64,000 bases of DNA, taken from positions 131,817 to 195,816 of the forward strand of contig JAURFW010000002.1 of NCBI GenBank assembly GCA_030834125.1, written 5' to 3'. The stretch comes from Bacteroidota bacterium. GTDB lineage: Bacteria > Bacteroidota > Bacteroidia > NS11-12g > UBA955. Shown here piece after piece: positions 29,017-37,800 of this stretch. Made by a program: the position numbers and the translations under genes. A model generated the notes under the pieces. The model saw only the letters and a list, made by a program, of their open reading frames with translations. It did not search any database and was not told where the DNA came from. Each line of letters opens with the position of its first letter. Position 1 is the first letter of the stretch.

Positions 29017-32000
29017 TTGATATTATTGAACTTCGTATTGCTTTTGAAAAGGATTATTTCAAAAATATCATTTTTTTTAACCTTAATTGTGGTCAATCAG
29101 GTGTATGCTGATTTTCCTATTTTCACTCCAAACAAAGGTCAATTCCCTCAAAAAGTTATAGCTAAGGCTCAATTGGGTTTTGGTGATTTTTGGGTTGCAA
29201 ATGACGGATTTTGGATTAGAATGATTAATCCAGATGATTTTGAACCTTTACATGATAAAAGTATCCATCAAAAACAGGTTAAAGGATTTAGTTTTCATTA
29301 CGAATTTATAGGGGCTAAAATTAAAACTACTAAATTCAATGGGGAGAAATCTTCCGAAGTTTATAACTATTACAAATCTTCCTTAACTCATCATATTTCA
29401 AATATTCATCGTTATTCGCAAATAAATATATCAGAAGTATTTAATGGAGTTGATATTGAAATTATAGCATCTGATAATGGTATAAAATACAACTGGTTAG
29501 TTTCTAGTGATTTTTCTGGAGAAATAAGGTATTTGGTTCATGGTGCTAGTGTTCAAAAAATTAGTCCAACGGAATTAAAATTTACTGGAGGTGAATTTTC
29601 TTGGTCAGAAAAGCTTCCTTTAGTATTTGACAAACAAACAGGTGAAAAATTAACCGCCTTTTACAAGCTATCAGAGGATACAGTTTCTGTGCATTGGGAA
29701 AGTGAAATTGGTAAACGCAGCATTTCTCAAGTGGTTGTGGATCCAATTTTGATTTTTAGCACTTATACCGGGTCTTATGCAGATAATTTTGGTTGTACCG
29801 GTACTTATGATGACTTGGGTAATGGGTATGCCGGTGGAACAGTTTTTGATTTCGGACTTCCTACTACGACTGGGGCCTTTCAAGAAAATTTTGGAGGAGG
29901 TCGAGAAGAAAGTTTAGGATATGGCGGTAGCAGAGATTGCGCAATTTTAAAATTCAATTCAAAAGGCAATCAACTAATTTATTGTACATATTTGGGTGGA
30001 AATAATAACGAACAGCCTCATTCAATGGTGGTAGATTCATTTATGAATTTATATGTAATGGGTACTAGTCGAAGTACGGATTTTCCAGTTACAAAAAACG
30101 CATATCAAAAGCAGAATAATGGTGATTATGACTTCTTTATTACCTCTTTTGACTCAATGGGTATTTTAAGAGCGAGTACTTTATTCGGAGGAACTGGCTT
30201 GGACGGAGTTGGGGCGGATCGTTCCAATAGAAGTGTAAATGAATTCCCGCTTATTTATAACTACGCAGATGAGTTTAGAGGTGAAATAATTACTGATCAT
30301 AGTAATGTTTATGTGGGTGGCATGATTTATTCTGAAGATTTTGTTCATCAAGTTGATGGATTTAACAGAACGAGGAATAAAGAGCAAGAATCTAATGGTG
30401 TTGTTTTTTCTTTTAATTCTGAATTAAGCAGTATGCGATGGTCACATATTATTGGTACGGATAATCCATATTTCGATGCTATATACGGAATTGCATTAGG
30501 CGATTCTGGTGATTTATTCGCTACTGGTGGAACTCATTCCGGATCATTCCCTGGCGATTATGGTAAAAATTGGATAAATAATAAAATTGGGGATGTTGAT
30601 GGCATATTGTTAAAACTTAGTTCTGAAACAGGTAAATTTCTTACGGGACGATATTACGGATCCGCGTCATATGATCAATCGTATTTTGTACAAACTGATA
30701 ATTCTGGACGACCATATATTTTTGGGCAAACTGAAGGACAGTTGCCAAAAATTAATGCCAAATATTATGATGGAGGAACAGGTCAATTCATAACTCGATT
30801 TACCAAAGATCTTAAAGATATTGAATTACAATCTACATTCGGAGCAAATTCCAATTTACCAAATATTAGTCCCTCAGCATTCCTAGTAGACAGGTGCGAG
30901 CGAATTTTTGTATCTGGGTGGGGAGGAAGCACTAATAATGCGCTTTATGATGTTACCACCGGTGCGAGTAAAACTCATAGAAATAAAGGAAATACCAGAA
31001 ATTTGAAGGTTACCAGTGATGCAATACAAAAAAATACGGATGGTAGCGATTTTTATGTAGCTGTTTTTGCTCGTGATTTACATGAATTAGCATTTGCTAC
31101 TTTTTTTGGAGGTATTAGTACAGGGAGGTTAGAAGCTGAGGAACATGTTGATGGGGGAACAAGCAGATTTGATAAAAAAGGAATAATATATCAAAGTGTT
31201 TGTGCAGGTTGTAGACGAAATGGGATATATCCAGTGACTCCAGGTGCCTACAGCAATAAAATGAATAGTCCTAATTGTAATAATGCTTTATTCAAGATTG
31301 ATTTTGAAAATCTAAATAAGAAGCCTTTTATGACTGATACCTTTATTGAAGTTGTGGCTACTGACTTAATAGATATTACAAGAATAGCTAACGATTATGA
31401 CTGGTTTGATACGGTTAGAGTGAATTATAAAATTATTGACTCAGGAGGAATGAGTGGATTGGATGTTATAAGTATTGTCTCTGATGAAGGTATTGGAAAA
31501 GCAAATGTTCACCTAGTATGGCAAACGTTTTGCAACTCATGGTCAAAAGATACAGCTATTATTGAGTTTCAAATTTTAGATTGTGGATGTCCTGAGGCAG
31601 ATACCACTTATGCTTATTTAAAAATACTAGTAAATGAACCGCCTAAAGTTGAACCACCTAAAGCTATTTGTGTCAGTTATGACAGGCAAACTACTGAAAT
31701 GAAGATTTCCTGGCCTGAGGAAACCCAATCTTCACGTTTCTTCGCATATTACATACTTGAAAAAACAAATCCTGATGGGTCTGTAGAAAATATTGATACT
31801 ATTTATAATTATAAATCGGGGTCATTTTTAGATAAGCAAGTAGTATTGCCTAACAAGAATAACTACTGTTATCGAATGATAGGAGTTAATACTTGTGGTG
31901 TTGAAGTTGAATCGAGTAATAAGTGGTGCACTATCAGAGAATTAAATGATCCAATAGAAAGTGTCGAGATGATTGAAGCTCGAGTAACGTTAGATTACAG

Positions 32001-32799
32001 AGTAGATTTAAGATGGGAAAAGAGCAAGGAGCCAGATTTTAAAGAATATGAAGTTTATAAATATCCAAGAGGTACACAGCCAAAATTCATCACACCCGAC
32101 TTTATAACAACGGATACATTTATATATGATTCTAATTTAAACGTAGATAATGATGCGATGTGCTACCAACTATTGGTTATTGATCAATGTGGACATATTT
32201 CTTCACCTTCAAACCCAGGTTGTAACGTTATTATTTCAGGAAAATCAAAAGCGTCTCCAGACTATTATTTTGATTTAAGTTGGATTGATTACCAAGGGTG
32301 GGAAATAGGTGTACAAGATTGGTCATTAGAACGTATGCATGATGGTCAGAAATGGTTTAAGTCAGTAGTGATAAATTCATCGTCAGTTCGTGATTTTCGA
32401 GATAGAAATTTAGATTATGCTTGGGGTGGATATTGGTATAGAGTTACTGCTAAGAAAAAACCAACTTCAACCGGTAATCCATATTTTGCAGAAACTGAAT
32501 CAAATTGGATTTATCTTATACAACCTCCAGAAGTTTGGGTGCCTGATGCAATAACAATTAATGATGATGGACTAAATGATGTTTGGGGCACAACTCCCAT
32601 TTTTGTAAAGTCATATGAAATGAATGTATATGACCGTTGGGGTGCCAAGATATGGAAATCAAGTGAGAAAAATGCTCAATGGAATGGAACAAAAAATGGC
32701 AAACCCTTGCCTGATGGAGTATATGCTTGGCAGTTATTCTTTAAAGGCTGGGATGGCAAGACATATAGAAAGACTGGAACTGTTATGTTAATGCATTAA
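29017..32799 (+). CDS. large T9SS cargo protein with beta-propeller (SBBP-like) repeats, Ig/FnIII-like domains and a type-B (gliding motility-associated) C-terminal sorting domain
   Basis: Signal peptide and 1260 aa. The C-terminus WVPDAITINDDGLNDVWG...YEMNVYDRWGAKIW...DGVYAWQLFF matches the T9SS type-B CTD (CHU_C/TIGR04131-like). Confidence 0.8.
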   Translation: MILLNFVLLLKRIISKISFFLTLIVVNQVYADFPIFTPNKGQFPQKVIAKAQLGFGDFWVANDGFWIRMINPDDFEPLHDKSIHQKQVKGFSFHYEFIGAKIKTTKFNGEKSSEVYNYYKSSLTHHISNIHRYSQINISEVFNGVDIEIIASDNGIKYNWLVSSDFSGEIRYLVHGASVQKISPTELKFTGGEFSWSEKLPLVFDKQTGEKLTAFYKLSEDTVSVHWESEIGKRSISQVVVDPILIFSTYTGSYADNFGCTGTYDDLGNGYAGGTVFDFGLPTTTGAFQENFGGGREESLGYGGSRDCAILKFNSKGNQLIYCTYLGGNNNEQPHSMVVDSFMNLYVMGTSRSTDFPVTKNAYQKQNNGDYDFFITSFDSMGILRASTLFGGTGLDGVGADRSNRSVNEFPLIYNYADEFRGEIITDHSNVYVGGMIYSEDFVHQVDGFNRTRNKEQESNGVVFSFNSELSSMRWSHIIGTDNPYFDAIYGIALGDSGDLFATGGTHSGSFPGDYGKNWINNKIGDVDGILLKLSSETGKFLTGRYYGSASYDQSYFVQTDNSGRPYIFGQTEGQLPKINAKYYDGGTGQFITRFTKDLKDIELQSTFGANSNLPNISPSAFLVDRCERIFVSGWGGSTNNALYDVTTGASKTHRNKGNTRNLKVTSDAIQKNTDGSDFYVAVFARDLHELAFATFFGGISTGRLEAEEHVDGGTSRFDKKGIIYQSVCAGCRRNGIYPVTPGAYSNKMNSPNCNNALFKIDFENLNKKPFMTDTFIEVVATDLIDITRIANDYDWFDTVRVNYKIIDSGGMSGLDVISIVSDEGIGKANVHLVWQTFCNSWSKDTAIIEFQILDCGCPEADTTYAYLKILVNEPPKVEPPKAICVSYDRQTTEMKISWPEETQSSRFFAYYILEKTNPDGSVENIDTIYNYKSGSFLDKQVVLPNKNNYCYRMIGVNTCGVEVESSNKWCTIRELNDPIESVEMIEARVTLDYRVDLRWEKSKEPDFKEYEVYKYPRGTQPKFITPDFITTDTFIYDSNLNVDNDAMCYQLLVIDQCGHISSPSNPGCNVIISGKSKASPDYYFDLSWIDYQGWEIGVQDWSLERMHDGQKWFKSVVINSSSVRDFRDRNLDYAWGGYWYRVTAKKKPTSTGNPYFAETESNWIYLIQPPEVWVPDAITINDDGLNDVWGTTPIFVKSYEMNVYDRWGAKIWKSSEKNAQWNGTKNGKPLPDGVYAWQLFFKGWDGKTYRKTGTVMLMH

Positions 32800-33749
32800 T
32801 ATTGCCGATTAATAAGTAGAGCACTTAAGTTTTTAAGAATTGAGCAATTAATACCAGATGAACCAATCTTATTCATTAGATAGTACTCTTTATCTTGGTA
32901 CATTTTCGCCTTTTCCAATATTAATTTGTCTAATTGAATTTGTTTCCAGTGTTTAACTACTTTGTTTATTCTTTCTTCAGGGCTTATTTTAAAAAACTCT
33001 GAACTAATCACAGGATCAATTTCAAATGACTTAATTTTAAGCCAAGTATTTTTACCTTCTTTTATATCTCCCCCTTGTAATTTTCCTGTTTTGAAAGAAT
33101 CACCAAATGAATCAAGGTAGTCATCCATCATTTGGAAACTGAGTCCCATGTTAATTGCTAAATCATAAAAATCATTTGATTCTTCGAGTGAAATCCCTCC
33201 TGTTAATGCACCACATTGAAGGCTACAACCTAATAGAACTGCAGTTTTTTGTTCAATCATGTGTAAATACTCATTTTCTGAAACTACACTTTCTCTGAGC
33301 CCAAAATCCATGTCGTTTTGTTGACCCTCGCAAACTTCTCTGGCAGTTTTTAGAAAAATTTCAATAATTACTTCCTTATTAGGACCTTGATAAGAATGTA
33401 GATACTCAAGAGCCAGAATAAGCATATTATCGCCAGCCAATATAGCAGTAGGATTATCCCATTTAACGTGAACAGTCTCTTTGCCTCGCCGAAGATCTGC
33501 ATTATCCATGATGTCATCATGTAATAATGTAAAATTATGAAACACTTCAATTGCGTGGGCTAACGGAAGAGCTTTTTCTATTTCAACACCCGTCATGTGT
33601 GCACCAATTAGAACTAGAGTGGGTCTTATTCTTTTTCCTCCTAACCCCATTATGTAATTCATAGGTTCGTAGAGGTTATTTGGTGATCCGTTAAATTGGT
33701 TTTCTTTTAAATAGGATTCGTAAATCTGTTGAAAATTGCTTAATTCCAT
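32796..33749 (-). CDS. polyprenyl diphosphate synthase (trans-isoprenyl diphosphate synthase family)
   Basis: First Asp-rich motif LLHDDIMD and second Asp-rich motif FQMMDDYLD. Confidence 0.85.
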   Translation of the reverse strand: MELSNFQQIYESYLKENQFNGSPNNLYEPMNYIMGLGGKRIRPTLVLIGAHMTGVEIEKALPLAHAIEVFHNFTLLHDDIMDNADLRRGKETVHVKWDNPTAILAGDNMLILALEYLHSYQGPNKEVIIEIFLKTAREVCEGQQNDMDFGLRESVVSENEYLHMIEQKTAVLLGCSLQCGALTGGISLEESNDFYDLAINMGLSFQMMDDYLDSFGDSFKTGKLQGGDIKEGKNTWLKIKSFEIDPVISSEFFKISPEERINKVVKHWKQIQLDKLILEKAKMYQDKEYYLMNKIGSSGINCSILKNLSALLINRQY

Positions 33750-35857
33750 TAGTCTTTTAACAAGGTTAGGTCTATACTTCTTTTTGAAGGAATGGCTCGT
33801 TTAATTCGAACTGTAATAATATCTCCGAGCTGAAATTTTCGTTTGGTTCTTTTACCAATCACAATTCTTTTGTCATCAACAAAATAAAACTGATCGAATT
33901 TTATCTCAGAAATTCTAATCATTCCTTCAGCATGAAAATCAATTAAATTGGCATAAATTCCCCATTCTGTAATACCTGTAATTTTAGCATCGTGTATTTC
34001 TCCTTCGTGATTCTTCAATAATTCAGCGAGTTTGTATTTTATGCTAGCTCTTTCTGCATCTGCAGCCTTTTGTTCCATATTTGAAGAATGTTGGGCAATA
34101 ATTTCTATTTCATCTTCAGAATAACCGGATTTTTGATCTAAAAGAAGTCTAAATAAAATCCTGTGTGCAAGTAGGTCGGGATATCTTCGTATTGGCGAAG
34201 TAAAATGAGTATAAAACTGAAAGGCTAAGCCAAAATGTGAAGTTTTTACCCCGGTATAAATCGCCTTCGCCATAGTACGAATAGACATTTGTTGAATTAT
34301 TTCTTCTTCAGGTTTACCTTTAGTCCGGGTGGCCAACTCATTGAAAGATTTTCGTAATAAATTTTCATTGTCTATATGAATTGGGTATCCAATTAACTTA
34401 CAAAACTTAGCAAACTCAAGCAATTTATCCATTGGTGGTTCGTCATGACTTCTATAAATAAATGCTGGTGTCGGTTTTTTTAGATTAAAAACATATTTAG
34501 CTACAGTTTGGTTTGCAAGGAGCATGAATGTTTCAATCAACTTATGAGTGTCTAACCTTTGCTTTTCATAGACTTGAGTAGGTAGCAAATGTTCATCAAG
34601 TTTAAACCTGATTTCTTTTGATTCAAATTTTAATGCACCATTTTGAAATCGAGCGTTTTCATAATTTTTTGCTATTTTGTTCAGAAGAATTAAATCATGA
34701 TGGTAGTTGAGGGAATCGTCATTAATGCAATCTTGGGCTTCTTCATATGAAAAACGCTTATTTGAATGTATGATTCCTTTACCAATCCAAAAGTTCTCGA
34801 TTTGATAAGTTTCTATGTTTAGTTCAAACTCTACTGAAAAACAAAGCCTGTCTACATTCGGCTTTAGTGAACATAAATCATTGCTTAATCTTTCAGGCAG
34901 CATTGGAATTGTGCGATCAACTAAATAAACCGATGTTGCTCTTTGAAATGCCTCTTTGTCTAACTCACTTTCTGTCTTTACATAATGGTCAACATCAGCG
35001 ATGTGCACACCAATCAAAATTCTATTGGAGTTTTTATCTATTTCAATTGAAAGAGCATCATCGAAATCTTTAGCATCTTCAGGGTCTATGGTAAATGTAG
35101 TTTTATTCCTAAAATCTTTACGTACAATAATTTCTTTTTGAGACGGCTTTTCAGGGAATGATGCGGCCTCATCAATCACTGATTTTGGAAACTGAGTTTT
35201 AAAACCAAATTCAGCTACAATAGCGTGCATTTCAGTATTGTGATCCCCGGGTTTTCCTAAAATTTCAATTAGTTTTCCTACAGGGTGTCGTTGTTTGATT
35301 TTGAATTCTACAATTTCTACGGAAGCTTTTAATCCATCCAAATCATCGGTTAAACTATCTTGTAGTTTGATATCTGGATATCCCGGTTCTTCTGTTAATA
35401 GGAAAGCATTACCATTGAAAATATCTAATTCACCGAGGATTAATTTTGGTGTGCGTTGTTTAAGGGTAATGTCAATAACTTCTTTTCGCTTGCCTTTTGT
35501 TCTGTAACTTACAAGTACAAAATCATCAGGAAGAAAGTTCCGCAACCATTCTTTCGGAGCTCTAATTATTTCACCAGATTCATTTTTCAATAATTTATCA
35601 CCGGAATAGGTAGAAATAACCTTGAATAATTCTTCAGTTTCAGGAGAAATGTATTGAAAATGACCTTTGCTCGGTTGTACAATGCGTTTTTTTTGAGTTA
35701 GCGATAATAGAGCAGAGAAGATTTGATCTTTACCTATATCAGTATCAATAGGTATTTTACGATGAACTTGATTTGAGTTTAAAGTTCCCCTTTTTGAATC
35801 TTCTAATATTGCTAAAACAATTCTCTCAACAAATGAGAGCTTTTTATTATTCTTCAA
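33749..35857 (-). CDS. rnr: ribonuclease R
   Basis: N-terminal HTH/cold-shock-like region, an RNB catalytic domain (…HIADVDHYV…) and a C-terminal S1 domain; 702 aa. Confidence 0.85.
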   Translation of the reverse strand: MKNNKKLSFVERIVLAILEDSKRGTLNSNQVHRKIPIDTDIGKDQIFSALLSLTQKKRIVQPSKGHFQYISPETEELFKVISTYSGDKLLKNESGEIIRAPKEWLRNFLPDDFVLVSYRTKGKRKEVIDITLKQRTPKLILGELDIFNGNAFLLTEEPGYPDIKLQDSLTDDLDGLKASVEIVEFKIKQRHPVGKLIEILGKPGDHNTEMHAIVAEFGFKTQFPKSVIDEAASFPEKPSQKEIIVRKDFRNKTTFTIDPEDAKDFDDALSIEIDKNSNRILIGVHIADVDHYVKTESELDKEAFQRATSVYLVDRTIPMLPERLSNDLCSLKPNVDRLCFSVEFELNIETYQIENFWIGKGIIHSNKRFSYEEAQDCINDDSLNYHHDLILLNKIAKNYENARFQNGALKFESKEIRFKLDEHLLPTQVYEKQRLDTHKLIETFMLLANQTVAKYVFNLKKPTPAFIYRSHDEPPMDKLLEFAKFCKLIGYPIHIDNENLLRKSFNELATRTKGKPEEEIIQQMSIRTMAKAIYTGVKTSHFGLAFQFYTHFTSPIRRYPDLLAHRILFRLLLDQKSGYSEDEIEIIAQHSSNMEQKAADAERASIKYKLAELLKNHEGEIHDAKITGITEWGIYANLIDFHAEGMIRISEIKFDQFYFVDDKRIVIGKRTKRKFQLGDIITVRIKRAIPSKRSIDLTLLKD

Positions 35858-35865
35858 GATGATTT

Positions 35866-37233
35866 TTATTTCTCGTAATAATCCAAATCCTTATGGAATG
35901 GCTCTTCTACATGCAAAGTTCCCCAAATCGCAACAATCACACAAATCAATCCTACAACAAAAGCTGCCCAACTTGCAGAATGGTCATGAAAATGGAGAAT
36001 ATCATCAAACCTTCTGAATAGCCAACCCCCTCCGAAAAAATGTCCGTGCCTCGGTAAATTGCCTCCTGATTCAAATATTCCCTCAAACCATTCGTAACTC
36101 CATGTAATTAATAATACTCCGCCACGCACAAAATTGGGTACTGTTGCGCTTACAGTACTTCGTATATTAGTACCAAATTGTTCACTTGCGTTTGTTACAA
36201 AAAGGGCCCAATAACCAGTGCTAATTCCTAATATGGTTGCTAATACTCGGTAATAATTGGCAGAACCTATGGGGCCAAATAAATACAGTGCCATTACTGC
36301 AATTATCGAAACTAAATTAATGAGAATTACCTTTTTACGACTTTGTAAAAGCTGTGACAATATACCACTAAATAAATCCCCAACAGACAAGCCCACATAA
36401 CTCCATAGTACCATTTCTTTAGTAGGTAAAATATCTAAAATTTCCGCTGAACCAGTAATTTCAGGGAGAAATCTATGAGCAAGTACTATTAATATTCCAA
36501 CAACAAACCAAACCGGCAATCCTATAACAATACAAGCTAGATATTTTGTAAATATCTGTCGGTTCTTAAATAGCATAAAGAAATTGCCTTTTGAAACATT
36601 TGAGGATTTAAGATCTTCAAACATATGACTCTCAAATGTTCCAGCTCTAAGTACAAGAAGGATTAGTCCTAATAGGCCACCAACAATATATGCTGTTTGC
36701 CAATTAGCGATAGGTGTTCCTGTAAGTTTGGAAACCAAATTACCAATAGCGTCACCTTGGTTAGAAACTAGGAAAGCAACTACGGCTCCTAATGCACCGA
36801 AAGTAACAATAATCATAGTTCCAACTCCTCGTTTTTTAATCGGCATTAATTCACTAACCAAGGTTATTGCTGCACCTAATTCACCAGCTAAGCCTAATCC
36901 AGCAATGAACCTCCAAAGTTTATAAGCTTCTAGTGATGTAACAAATGCGTTGGCTATATTAGCAATACTATAAATCAAAATACTACCAAATAAAACGCTC
37001 ACTCTTCCCTTTCGGTCACCCCAGATTCCCCAAATAAGACCACCTATAAGCATTCCGGCCATTTGGTAACGGAAAAGCGCAGTTTCGTAAGTATTGAAAT
37101 CGATTGAAAGCGCATTAAGGCTTTCACGTTTTATAATGTTAAATAAGATTAAGTCGTAAATATCTACGAAATAACCCATAGAAGCCACTATGATTAACAG
37201 GGCAATATTTTTCTGTTTCTTAGTTTCTATCAT
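35866..37233 (-). CDS. MFS transporter
   Basis: About 12 predicted transmembrane helices, with MFS signatures GDRKGR and the G-rich TM1/TM4 pattern. Confidence 0.75.
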   Translation of the reverse strand: MIETKKQKNIALLIIVASMGYFVDIYDLILFNIIKRESLNALSIDFNTYETALFRYQMAGMLIGGLIWGIWGDRKGRVSVLFGSILIYSIANIANAFVTSLEAYKLWRFIAGLGLAGELGAAITLVSELMPIKKRGVGTMIIVTFGALGAVVAFLVSNQGDAIGNLVSKLTGTPIANWQTAYIVGGLLGLILLVLRAGTFESHMFEDLKSSNVSKGNFFMLFKNRQIFTKYLACIVIGLPVWFVVGILIVLAHRFLPEITGSAEILDILPTKEMVLWSYVGLSVGDLFSGILSQLLQSRKKVILINLVSIIAVMALYLFGPIGSANYYRVLATILGISTGYWALFVTNASEQFGTNIRSTVSATVPNFVRGGVLLITWSYEWFEGIFESGGNLPRHGHFFGGGWLFRRFDDILHFHDHSASWAAFVVGLICVIVAIWGTLHVEEPFHKDLDYYEK

Positions 37234-37690
37234 GGTCTATTTGTTCCAAAGATGCGCAAAAAAATTCCAATTCTTGTTTATCAACTAAGTCAAAATCATT
37301 TAGAATCTTGGAATCTATATCTAGGACAGCCCAAATTTCACCATTTTGGTTGAAGCATGGAATGACAATTTCGGATTCTGAAAGTGAGCTACAAGCAATG
37401 TGTCCAGGAAATTCATGTACATTAGGTACAATTTGAGTAGTTTGTTCTTCCCAACAAGTACCACAAACTCCTTTACCTTTTGAAATACGCGTACAAGCAG
37501 TAGGCCCTTGAAATGGACCTAGTTGTAATAAATTATTATCAACTAAATAAAATCCGGTCCAGAAATACCCTAATTTTTCATGTAATAATGCCACTGCATT
37601 TGATAAATTGGTGTACCAAGGTGATTGAGGGTCATAAAGATACTTCCATTTTTCATGAATTTCTTTGTAAATAGTAATCTTATCCTTCAC
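37220..37690 (-). CDS. GAF-domain protein, free methionine-(R)-sulfoxide reductase-like (MsrC/YebR family)
   Basis: 156 aa GAF fold with the conserved Cys triad region (GKGVCGTCW...HIACSS). Confidence 0.7.
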   Translation of the reverse strand: MKDKITIYKEIHEKWKYLYDPQSPWYTNLSNAVALLHEKLGYFWTGFYLVDNNLLQLGPFQGPTACTRISKGKGVCGTCWEEQTTQIVPNVHEFPGHIACSSLSESEIVIPCFNQNGEIWAVLDIDSKILNDFDLVDKQELEFFCASLEQIDHDRN

Positions 37691-37800
37691 ATTTATGGTC
37701 TAATAGTGTTTAACGAATAGTTTAGCAATCAAGCTTTAAAAATAGCCCAAATCCCTACGAAAGTAAGTATATTGCGAACTATTTGCGTAGAATTTGAAGC

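Noticed and set aside
28893-29096. 67-aa ORF on the minus strand.
   Set aside because: It overlaps the start and promoter region of the large T9SS cargo gene. It is low-complexity and AT-rich, so it is likely spurious.
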